A stretch of 64,000 nucleotides of DNA. Origin: Narcine bancroftii (Eukaryota). Positions 23,640-35,500 of the stretch are shown piece by piece. Every line of letters starts with the position of its first letter. Position 1 is the first letter of the stretch. The DNA lies in the NCBI RefSeq assembly GCF_036971445.1, contig NC_091472.1:168454001-168518000 (forward strand). Reading direction: 5' to 3'. The notes under the pieces are model-generated. The model searched no databases. It was not told the origin of the DNA and worked only from the letters and a program-made list of their open reading frames with translations. The translations under genes were made by a program, and so were the position numbers.

Positions 23640-24600
23640 TACAGATTAGGACCTTCTTAAATTCTTCAACTTTGAAGCTACCCCAGGACTTGGATCCTAA
23701 CTTTATTTGGGAAGTATACAATTTTAAACCTAATCATAAAGGATTATTTTTAGCCTTTTATGAATTACTTTTAAGATCTAGGGATATTTCCCTGGGTGAT
23801 ATTAAATATGGGAACAAGACCTGCAACAACCATTTGAGAAAACTACACAAAATTCTATTTTGAAACGTGTTCACTCATCATCTCTTTGTGCTAGGCATTC
23901 ATTAATACATTTTAAAGTAGTTCATCAGGCCTACTTTTCCAAGATTCACTGAGTTAAATTTTATCCTAACTTCTCTTCTAAATGTAATGTGCATAACTGA
24001 GGAAGATACTTTGTATCAGAAGTTTTGGTTACATTCTTCTTTAATTTCTGGCAAGGGATATTTCACACTTTATCCCAAGTTCTTGATATTGATTCCTAGC
24101 CATTATTTTGCTACCTTTGGATGGAGTGGGCCAATGGATTTAATAATGACTTCTTCACAATGAATCCCATGTAGTGGCTTTTGCTGCCCTCATTGCTAGA
24201 AGGGCCAATTTGCAGAGATGGAAATATACTGTCTCTTCTCCCCCCAACCCTCCACTCATACTCGATGTGATGGCTTGTCTGCCTCTAGAGAAAAAAAATT
24301 GGTGTTCTACTACTGCAATCAATTTCAACTTTCTTTCTCTTTGGGGTCCTTTTCTCAATTACTATCAACACTCTGAGATTATTGCTTTTTTTTAAAAAAG
24401 TTATTAGTCATGAACTCCTTAACTTGACCAGCAGCCCTCATAGCTTAGAATTTTTTTTCTTTTTTCCAATTAATAACATGGATACATATGCACCTTTTTC
24501 ACTGTTATTTGATATTTGTAACTTAATAATGATAAAGTAAATTAACATCACATGTACCTATATATTTTGCACATGTTAAAACCAATAAAAAGAATTAAAT
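23640..24600 (+). mobile_element. Old L1 3' fragment (different family)
   Basis: Degenerate ORF2 C-terminus (CARHSLIHFKVVH-like; AFAALIARRANLQRWK) ending in AATAAA and an A-rich tail. Confidence 0.7.
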
Positions 24601-25189
24601 TTATCAAAGACAAAGATCTTATTTTCAGCACCTTTTCATAGCAATATGACTGTTAACGTCTTGGTTAAACCATGAAATGTTGCAATGTTTTCAACAGATT
24701 GCCAATTAAAGAGTTCAAACAGGCACAGTCACTTTTACCTCTGGAAAGGTCACGAACGTTTGAGATCAAGTCAGTAAAGGCATTTTTTCATGGTTCCCTG
24801 CTCAACATGTCTCTATCTGGTGTCATATGTCTTAATAGAAATCCAAATGTAACAAATGGCCCTCTTTTGGTAATAAAATTCTAGCAATTCACAACATGAT
24901 GTGGCAAGTTATCTCAATATTTGCTTTAAGAGCAAATACATCTCCCTGGTGTACATTAGTTAATAAAATGGCAAGGTGAATATTTGTTTGCGAATTTGGT
25001 TTATTGCTTCACTAAAATTCAGTATTTTATCAAAAGAATACATTAGAGATTAAAATGCTGGATGGCAGCACAGTGAGTAAAACATTGTTAGCTGAATGGA
25101 TTGTACCAGTTCTTCAAACAACATCAAAAATGCAAGAATTCTCCAGGACAATCGTAGGTGGAACATTCTGTGCAGCCAGATGGCAGAGA

Positions 25190-25570
25190 GAATATACAAG
25201 GATAGGTCATGGCGAGGATGATGGCCTTCAGTCCGTTGATCCACAGAGGGAAGACAGCCTGTGCGTGTGCTTAATGTTGCACTCCAAGAAGCACACAATA
25301 CATCACAAATCAACCAATTCCAATGGCATGGAGACAACGATGATTGGAGCTAATGGATTTGTTGCAGTTTTTGTCCACCTTCACAGCCGTTGAGTTCAGA
25401 GTAACTTCATCTGCCTGTTCCACCGTTGAGCACTTGGATTGCTCTTTGTCAGGAACCTCACCCTCGACCTTGCTATCATGGGTGACCTTACCATGAGCAT
25501 AGCTCTATATGACATCACTCTCAGGATCACACAAGCTTCTCCACCACAAGGTAACAATCCATAGAGAAGG
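25190..25570 (-). mobile_element. RTE-clade LINE 5' region fragment
   Basis: Minus strand reads GGATTGTTACCTTGTGGTGGAGAAGCTTG...GAGCTATGC...GGTCACCCATG...GGTC...TGACAAAG, resembling the conserved 5'UTR block of RTE/BovB-type elements (recall, not searched). Confidence 0.55.
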
Positions 25571-25708
25571 TAAGGCTAACTGGTTTAATGGGTATTAAAA
25601 AGATTATCAAAAATTTTAACCAGGCCATTTAATCCATTCCATTAGATAAGGCATCTCAGCTGTGCATTAACAGCAATATCTGTTCAATTCCTATTAATCC
25701 TCCTGGTC

Positions 25709-26045
25709 CAGTGGTTCTCACCTTTTTCTTTCCATTCTTTTAAGGATTACTTTTAAGTAATCCCTATGCCATCAGTGGTCTGTGATTAGTAAAGGATTGT
25801 TTAAGGAGGTATGTGAGTGAAGGGAAGGTTGAGAATCACTGTTCGAGACCCAATTGTTACTGAAATGTTTTGCTTGAAAAATTGTCATTGGCCCATTTCC
25901 TTTGGAGTTTTGAAACCATGCACATAATGAGTCAGTTAGGTACGATTAAAACAGTGGTTTCCAAACTTTTCCACTCACATATTACATGGCATAGGGAACA
26001 ATTAAAGTGGTATGTAAGTGGAAAGAAAAAGGTTAAGAACCACCG
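25709..26045. mobile_element. hAT (Charlie-like) composite MITE, copy 1
   Basis: TIR CAGTGGTTCTCA...; 8-bp TSD TCCTGGTC/TCCTGATC; two palindromic units (25709-25841, 25952-26045) around a 110-bp spacer. Confidence 0.85.
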
Positions 26046-27231
26046 TCCTGATCATTCGTTCAAAATTGTAATTAAAAATAATGCAATTTGGTTCCCCTGG
26101 TATGAGGTAAACACTGAAATAAAGAAAATACAGAAATTATGTGAATAAATGTAATTGTAAGAAACTGCTTTTCATTAAAAAATAAATCAACAGAATATAG
26201 ATGAGCTCACTGTCCAACCCAAACTATTCTTGCATCAATTGACCTTCCTGGCTACCAATCTATAATCATGTACAAGACTTCAATTAAGCAAATTGGGATA
26301 AGATAGTTTCAGCTTACAATCACTTACAGTTTCCCTCCAAATTAGATTAAACTGAATTATACATTTCTGCCAACTACTGAAGAGAATTAATTAGTCTTCT
26401 CCCTTTCCTTCCCTCCCCTCCCCCCCACCCCGGCCTCTGACGTACACAGGATATTTAGGAACTTGTAAATAAACATGTCCAACAGTTTTATTACCTGGGA
26501 TAGGCAACAGAGAACCTTTTTACAGTATGTTCAGAAACTGCAATAGGCCTAAATATAATTAGCAATTCACCTTGAACCAAAACACAAATTATTCATGATA
26601 CAGTATATTTGAAACTTCATTAAATAATTCAAGATTTCACATAATGCCAAGTTCCATTGAATGGCTTTATATCTTTCAGCTCAATATAAATATTGTCTTA
26701 CCTAGAAATTTAATTCTATAATTATGCAACAGAAAATCAATTCATTGCCCAGAGTAACATTTGATAAGTATCCAGCACATTTGATATCACATTTACTATT
26801 CCTCAGAGTACGTCTCACTTTCAGTTGTGATCTGCAGCAGAGATGAATGAGATGGCATCATTCTATGTACAATGCTCCTTTTGGAGCATCATAGATACTT
26901 GTACCATAGTTATTCCCAAGACCACCTGGTGCAGACATTTATTTAGGGTCTTATCCTTGCAACCCTTCCTTCGTACCTTCTGTCTTGCTACTGATCCACA
27001 ACACAACCTTTTGGTCAATATCCATCCTGAATCTGCCAAATGAAATTGTCTAGATTAATTCAGATTCTCATTTTTTTGTGAATGACTTCTCCAGGAGGAT
27101 CACTTTATAAACAACAGCATAAAATAGTTGGCATTGACCAGCTCTCAGATCAGTTACACAAGTGATTACATGGAACAGAAGGGCATAGATCAGGACCTTC
27201 AGCCCCTGATGCTGTGCCAACCTCTATAACC

Positions 27232-27621
27232 CAGTGATTCTCAACCTTTTTATTTCCACTCACATACCATTGGTGCTCTGTGATTTGTAAGGGATTCCCT
27301 AAGGTAGTATGTGAGTGGCTATAATGATGATGAAGAAAAGGGAGAAATCTTTGTACTGAAACTGACCACTGACCACTGTTTTAATCGTACCTAATTGACT
27401 CGTTATGTGCATGGTTTCAGAACTCCAAAGGAAATGGGCCAATGGCAATTTTTCTCAAGCAAAAGATTTCAATAACAATTGAGTCTAGAGCAGTGATTCT
27501 CAACCTTCCCTTCCCACTCACATACCACCTTAAGCAATCCCTTTCTAACTGCAGAGTACCAACGGCATAGGGATTACTTAAAGTGGTATGTGAGTGGAAA
27601 GAAAAAGGTTGAGAACCTCTG
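27232..27621. mobile_element. hAT composite MITE, copy 2 (inverted relative to copy 1)
   Basis: CAGTGATTCTCAACC...GGTTGAGAACCTCTG; the same spacer at 27379-27490; flanks CTATAACC/TCCTAACC. Confidence 0.85.
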
Positions 27622-27662
27622 TCCTAACCCTTCCCTCTTTCAGCCCATAACCCTTTACCTTT

Positions 27663-28270
27663 TTTTTTTTAATTTATTTTTCACACTATAAACCATATTG
27701 ACCAAGATACATAGACATTTTTCTTCTTAAATATATAGTGTCGTTTTCTCCCCCTTTTCCCCCCTCCTTTCCCTCCCTCCCTCACTCCCCCTCCCACCCA
27801 TTTATTTGAAGTTCAATCTATAAGATACATTAAACCCGTTAAACAATGTTGTCACTTAATAAAAATGAACAAGAAATTTTACTGAGTCAGTTCTTTTCGT
27901 TATCTTCTCCTTCTGTCACTTTAGGTGGTGGAAGTCCACGGTAGGATTTCTCTATTGTGTTTCATGTATGGCTCCCATATTTGTTCAAATATTGTAATAT
28001 TATTTCTTAAATTATATGTTATTTTTTCTAATAGAATACATTTATTCATTTCTATATACCATTGTTGATTTCTCAAGTTATCTTCTAATTTCCAGGTTGA
28101 CATAATACATTTTTTTGCTACAGCTAGGGCCATCATAACAAATCTTTTTTGTGCTCCATCCAAATCGAGTCCAAATTCTTTGTTTCTTATATTACTTAGG
28201 AGGAAGATCTCTGGCTTTTTTGGTATATTGCTTTTTGTGATTTTATTTAATATCTGGTTTAGATCTTCCC
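27663..28270 (-). mobile_element. 5'-truncated L1 (ORF2 C-terminus, 3'UTR, A-tail)
   Basis: ORF 27921-28163 matches the ORF2 C-terminus; ~14-bp TSD AACCCT(T/C)TACCTT at 27649 and 28271. Confidence 0.92.
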
Positions 28271-28284
28271 AACCCTCTACCTTT

Positions 28285-28562
28285 CATGCATCATGTGCCT
28301 AAGCTTTTTAAATGTCCCTATTGCATCAGCCTCTACTACCACCACCCCTGGCAGTGTGTTCCAAATACCCAGCATCGTGGATATCTCCCCTAAACTTAGC
28401 TCGACTCACCTTGGTTGGATGTCCTCTGGTAGTTGCCATTGACATCCTTGGAAAAAATGCTGGCTCTCTACTCTATGATCTCATAATTTTATATGCATCT
28501 ATTAAGTCACCTCTTATTCTTTGTCACTCCAAAGAGAAAAATCCTAGCCTGCTCAGCCTTTT
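28285..28562 (-). mobile_element. CR1-like LINE 3' fragment (its tail continues at 27170-27231 and 27622-27660)
   Basis: Reverse complement of the CR1 3' end seen at 56680-56990. Confidence 0.65.
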
Positions 28563-29503
28563 GACCTTAATTAACATAAGAAATTGAAATATTAATTCCT
28601 ACCCCTCAAGAATTGAGCAGAATGGAACTGCTCAGTGCTGATACCTGCATCAAAAAGGTGAAACAACTGTTTTCCTTTGCAAACACGACTTCATGTTCAT
28701 TGAGGCAAAGAAAGTAATATCCATTTGCTAACACTTTCAACGGAGTCAAATAAAAAGGGTCTTTAATTTTCTGAAAACTGAGGCAAAATACAAGTGAAGA
28801 GAGCATTTTTATGCATGGTGTTACTTCGAAGAATAAGTAACAAAATAGATTTTGTTATCGCCCAATGAAAATTATCGGGAAAAGGGAAACAATAACTTTG
28901 TGAGCAGCATACTGCTTTGTTGCATTTGTTATGAATTTTGAAGTTTATTACTTATTGCTCTAGAACTGATTATATTGCCAAAAAGCTTTGGTCTTAATTA
29001 CACGTACAAGAGTTCAAAATGAAATGGAGATAGAAAATCTTTAAAGTTGTTGATATAATTATGATGGTACATGCAGATTGAAGCAAACCGTAACTTAGGA
29101 AATATTTGTGACTTTGCCCATTTTCTTAGCAAAACGAAATGTTGCACACAATACACCCACATTTCTTTGCACACTGACTATTCCTAGGATAGGGTAACAC
29201 TGCCAATTTGGCACTTTCAGCTGAGATTTCTAAAAATCATAGTGCAAAAACTAAGGCAATAAAACAAGAAACGCATAAACTTAAGATAGGGCTCTGCAAG
29301 AACATTTCAATCTTGATGTGCATTTTTGTACAGAAGTCTTACATAGCTTTCACAGGGTTATTTCCATTTAGCAAGATGGTAACTCATGAAATCCAATATA
29401 AGGAAATGGTCTCTGCAGAGCATTATGATCCACACATGAAATCCATTCTGTCTAATATAAAGAGAATTTGGTTTAAACTTCAGATATCATGATTTTCAGT
29501 ATT

Positions 29504-29590
29504 TTATTGGGATTTAATTTTTTTATTCTTCTTTTTCTCGGCTTTAATCGTGTCATCATAAGCCTTTCTCTTAGCTGCCAACTTGGTTGT
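29504..29590 (-). CDS. pes1: pes1 terminal coding exon (exon 15 equivalent)
   Basis: aacag|[28 protein letters not shown]; TAA at 29504-29506. Confidence 0.93.
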   Translation of the reverse strand, partial: TTKLAAKRKAYDDTIKAEKKKNKKIKSQ

Positions 29591-32500
29591 CTGTTAAGAT
29601 TAAAAGAAAAGATGCATCTTAATGTCCAAAATGTACATCTCCAAACATTTAGAAGTCCCAGTGTAAATGGTTACTTAGTAAAAAGAAAAATCCTGTTTAA
29701 GTGATTTAGGTTGAAATAGGTCAACAGAAAAAAAGGCAATTGACAGTATCTTGTCTCTCAATTTATCATTGAATGATATTAACATTAACCGTAATCAAAT
29801 CCTCAACCAAAAAGCTGCCCAGATAAAAGTCATATTTTGAAGCGGAGGAAAAGGACGAAATGAAATGCAAATTGAATAGAGTGAATTTGAAAGGCTGTTT
29901 TATTCCCACCAGTTGGGTCCTTTCTTGCTCAAGAATTCTAGCTATTTCAATTATTTTCTATGGGAACGTGGAATTATATCTAAACTTAAAAGGAAAATAA
30001 CGACTGATACAAGACTTCCAACAAAACACTTTAATAACTGCAACTTGGATTCACTGTTGGATAGATCATTCAAACAAAAAAAACCTATGGCTTTTGACTT
30101 GCCTGCTTAGACCTTTTTAAACTTCTTCCCAATTATTCTGTGCGAAGGAGGAAAATTAGCTAGTGGTCAGTTTCAAAAATGGGAAAGGCACAGCCTGCAT
30201 TCATGGTATAGAACAATTTCAGTAAGACCAGCCTTCTTATCTGGAATTTAAGTGCTCAAATGCCTGATTCTTCATCTTTTAATATTTTATGATTTGACTT
30301 TATTAACACTATTGAATATCTTGTGGAGTCTTAAAGGTCACCTATTTACTTTCAATGTTCGTCTGGTTCCAAATTTGTCTCTTTCCCAGGATGATCAATG
30401 AACTCAATGACCCACTTTCTGTTCTGATATTCTTGGTGGCATCATCCCCACTCACCCAAGTTTGCAAGAATTTTGCTTCGAAACTTAAAAATACCTTTGA
30501 TTTTGAAGACAAATCTGAAAATATGTAAAGTCGCTCTGAAACCGATTTACAACCATCGTAAATGATCCAAATTAAACACAAACCTCGCGAACTTTCCTCT
30601 TCTTTCCAAACATGATTTTGCGGTACAAAGATTTCTCCCTTTTCTTCATCATCATTATAGCCAGGCGCTTCTCCTCGGCTTCTTCTCGTTCACGTGCCTG
30701 AGCTTTGTTCTCCATCTTCACAGTCCCTGTGGTTACCTTCACATTTAGCTTCTGCAGAACAACACCAGCAATATAGTAATTCCAGCAAAATCTCAAATAG
30801 CTGTCAAAGTTTTGGCCCTTGCAAAGAATCAACGTAGAAATCATTTTGTTCAGAGCATTAAAAGGTAGATGGTGAAGGATTCAAGTAAAATCTCACCAAA
30901 TTCAAAACGCACAGTAACAGTTTTATATTCAAAACTGCTGTATTTTACACCCACAGAAGATTTTTTTTATCACTTGCTTATGTCAACAGAACCATCTGTT
31001 TTGAAAAACTTTCAATTTCCAAATTGTTTATTGTGACATGTACCAAGATACAGTTAAGGTCCATAAGCTTATGTTAAATTGGTTCGAATTCTTTGCAAAA
31101 TTTGGGAGATTGACAATTTCTTAAATGGCATAGACCTCCTTTGGCTATGCAAAGCATAATGACTGCTTAATGAATAACCCACAGAACCGAAGATCCTACT
31201 TGGCTTCCTATTTGAAGTGCATACTGTGTTCAGTCTTTGACTTACCACATCTGAATTTGAAGATTAATAAAAGTATTAGCATAATGTAGCAGACCGGCAC
31301 AGGACCCCGGAAGTGGGGGACCCCCCCCCCCCAATTGAGGAGGAAAAGCCTGGGAGATGATCCACTGGAAGGTGACCAAGGTAGCAGACCAGCGAGGGGC
31401 TCAGTGACAGTAGCACTCACATAGGTTGTGGGCTTTTGTGATTTGCGGTTGAAGGACTCACAGGCTTTGGGCTGATGAAGACTTGAGGTCAAGAGACTCA
31501 CACAGACCATGAGAGGCTGGTTCATGGGAATCAGGTATTGGAGCAGGAATTCGAGAAGGTGCTGAGGGCAAGAAGGGGTCTTGAAGGGCCTCCCGCACTG
31601 AAAACTTCCTGATCGTATTGGAGTTTTTTCAATCTGGATCTCTAGTTGCCAAGGGATTCGACAGGAGTCTGTGAGATTGCTGGAGGGGAATCTACAGAAA
31701 CTCAGTGATCTGAGGGGATTCTCTTTTGCTTCTCTTTTTGATCTGAGGTGGCAAGCAACACTCATGGTGATGCTTCATTTACAGCAGATAAAGGTTGAAG
31801 CATATCATGTAATTACATTTTTTGTATCATTACATGTCAATAAAAGGAACCTTTGATAATCTGAGTCTGACATTTTAAAAATCAACTGCTTCTACTGGGA
31901 CTTACATTGCCTTTAACCTTCTGAGCCTCCATATTCTTCAGTCTTTCTTCATCTTGTTTTTCTGTTTCATCCATATCATCGTCATCTTCTTCATTTGATT
32001 CTTCCTGATCATTTTCATCCTCTTCCTCAGACTCTGTCTCATTTTCACCTGTAGTAAGTACAACACACTGAATGCTCACTTTCGAGATCATCCTGCACCC
32101 TGAGTTAATAACAAAGCTTGCTTGAATAATGTTGCACCCTTGGGATGGGATAAATAATGAAATTGGTACTCAAGGTAAAATATCTAGATATACTCCTTTG
32201 TGACAGAATAAACTTTCTCCTTTTATGGTTAAGAATTATCTTAAGATTTGGGATCAGAAAGGGATTAAGATTGTAAATAATTGTCATGAATTAAACTGAT
32301 TTCTTTCATTTGAAAGAATAAAAGAAAGATATCAAGTTCCAACTCACACTCTTTTTTGTATGAATCAATTGAAATCGATGTTGTATGATTCTTTTGGGAA
32401 GAATCTGTTTCTTCCAATAGAGTTGAAATTTGAAATGATGGTTCGTGATGGAGGGAAGAAAGGATTTATATCTGAAATGTATAAATTATTGCAACAGAAA

Positions 32501-35500
32501 ATGTCTAAAATTAATTTATATAATTCAAGACAAAAAGAGGTAAAGGATTTGGGAGTTGATTTGGAGAGAGATCATTGGAAAACTATTTGTAATTATAGTA
32601 TGAAAAAAATCATCAATGTCTGGTAATAGACTGGTAAATTATAATTTTATACATCAATTATATTCAACTCCAGAGTGTTTAAAAAGACAATTAGATTTTT
32701 TCTGATTTGTGTTTTCAATGTAATAGACAGAAGGGTATGTTTTTGCATTCATTATGGTCTTGTGATAAGGTCAAACCTTTTTGGTCTCATGTTAAGCATC
32801 ATTTACAGGATATTTTTGAAAATAAAACTTTCTTTAGATTCAAATTTTTTTTTAAATTGGTGATATAAGTGGAATTTGTTTGGTATACATTTCAAATAGC
32901 TTTTTTGAGATTGGCTTTAGCAGTGGCGAGGAAATGTATAGCAAGTACTTGTAAAGATTGGATAGAACTTAATTTACAGAGATGACATTTAGAATTAAGG
33001 TCTTGTATTCCTTTGGGGAAAAAATAGCGTACAATTTGAGAGATAAACACTATATTTTTGGTAAGGTTTGGAGCTCTTATTTGAATTATCTAAATTGAAG
33101 ATTTTGACATGGATGTAGTGTGGTTCCCTCATTCCATGAGGTATTAACTCTTGTTTTGGTTTTTTTTTCTCCTCTTTCTTCCTTTTCTTTTTCCATTTCT
33201 TATTAGGGGTTAGTTGGGGTAAGTAGGGGTAGAGATGGAAGGAGGGGGGTATATTATTGCAGGAGTTAGTTGGGGCAAGTTGAAGTGGAGATGGGAGGAG
33301 GGTTTTATCAGATATATAGAGAGAGAGAGAGCAAGCGCAAGCTAGAGAGAGACAGACAGAGATATAGATAGATATAGATAGCTATAGATATACACACACA
33401 CACATAAAACATGTTAAATTTGAAGATATATTTATATTATTACATTATTGGTATAATCATGGTTGATTATATTTTAAATAAAATATTTTTAAAAAACCAT
33501 GTTGCACCCCCCCCCCCCCCATGTATCCTCACAAAAGGGCGAGTGCTTAATAAAATGTTCTGATATGATTGAGAAATGAGCATTCAATGAGAAAGGTTAA
33601 ACTTTGGTAATCAATTCAAGTAAAAATAAACCTTTTAAAAGTTTTGTATTGTTAATTCCAAATCAGTAAACATTGAAAAGCCTAATGAATGACCAGCAAT
33701 CTCTTATGTTTTCCCTGACCTGCCTTTTTGTTTTCACACTAAATTGCCAATCCCTTTGAACCACAGGAAATTGGCAGGCGGAAAATGGAGAACATGCAAG
33801 TCAGGCATTAAGAACACTTATGAGGTAGAATGAAAACAGGAATTGCTAGAGTCAGAAATAAAGACATCAAGAAGCTGAATAAATGGGTAAAAACGATCAG
33901 GATTAAAGGAAGAAAGTAAGGTAGCAGGCTAGGGACCACTCGCTTCTGTGATGCCAAGTTTAGGAAAGGACAAGTTCATGAAGGGATTAAGTGCACTCGG
34001 ACTAAGTGCACTTGGCAAAGGCAAAATTAAGAGTACAGTTAGTTTGTGATTAGATAAATCTAAACGAAGTATAGATTGGCTGAAACTTGCTGAATTGCGA
34101 AGAGGAAAGCCAGCAAAATTTGGAACAATTCAAGGCATAAATGAGAGTTTTAACAGACAACATGCTGCAACAGGTAATAATGTGTGGTTCTGATGAGATA
34201 TGAGTGCTGCATGGGAATAAACATTGTACACACCCTAATTTAGTGATTTGAAGGGTTCTGGAATTTACGATGCACATACCAGGGAGATGAAGGCAATTCC
34301 TTGGTTAACCCAGTATGGCAGAGGATAAATAAGAAGTATGAAAGCACATTTAAGGACCATAGTGTGGCACGAGTAGGGGCACATGGTCAGTGAATATGAA
34401 AACTATTCCCATATCTACAATTGTATGAGTAAATAATGGAGTTTCTGACTCCAGGTCTGGAGGAGAAGCCATTACTAGGGATGATTTTGTAAAAGTGAAC
34501 AGACAAGAAGGGAACATGACTATCAGAAGAGCAGAAGGGAAAGTTGAGAGGATGGCAGAGCACTCAAACCACACGAACAGCTTGAGAGCTGTCACAAACA
34601 ACTTCAGAGGAGGGATAGTGTACCACTTTATAATTACAGGATGTGTGTGTAACTTCAACTTGGACCACATTTGTCAAGGGAAGAGTTAAATTACAAAAGA
34701 ATTAAACACACATGTGAAGTCATAACATATTGAAAGAGCTTTTGTGGGGGTTCAGAAATTTCTGGTTGGTAACATTCAAAGACAAAGGATCTAGGGATGA
34801 TTACTGGTAATTTTGGTAGATAGCCTGATTGCACTAGAGGACAGGAAACTATTACTATAATAGGTGAAGGAGGCAGAACTGGTGCTCATAAGATTCTGGA
34901 AGCCTCTCTAAAAGGAGCCTGCATTAACAGCTAGATAAAGCCATACAAAATCTGCTGCACAGCCAAGATGTGTTTTTTTGTTTTGCAGTTCAGCAATTCA
35001 TGCCATATTTTTGAATTCATGCAACTGTAAACTCCAACACACAATCTGTGATATTGGTGTTAAATTTTGCACATCGAAGATGTGTTCTGATCTTAAGCAT
35101 GCATTTCTGGATATACTGAATATGGTTTTTTTTTTAAATTTGGAAAGCATGAATGAATTCACCAGCTTACACATGTTCTCGCCTTTCTGAATGCCCAAGA
35201 GTTTGAGTTTTTCTGGTGGAATATAGTCTCCATCTTTCTCTTCCACAAATGGAGAAAGATGAGGTGGTAAAGTTACTCCAAGGAAATAATCCTCTACTGG
35301 AAGAAGTGCTTTGCAGTTAACGCAATCAAACACCCACTGGGGCTGGATATAATACCTGCAGGTTGAACAGAATAGGAAAGATGAGTAGTTTGTCAAATGA
35401 CCTGGATCATAATGGTGGTTCCAAATGGAAATTATTGATTCATAATCAGAGTTAAACAGGCTGGAAAATGGCCCTTTGGCCCAACTTCCCGAGTTAGTAC

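Noticed and set aside
26400-26555. Possible promoter or non-coding exon of a downstream minus-strand gene (gal3st1 neighbours PES1 in human)
   Set aside because: Only a C-rich tract, a CRE-like TGACGT and weak splice sites; no coding exon of that gene was found in the window.
27318-27375. ATGATGA...CTGA segment resembling a C/D snoRNA inside MITE copy 2
   Set aside because: About 50 nt, outside any known intron, and no recognisable rRNA guide.
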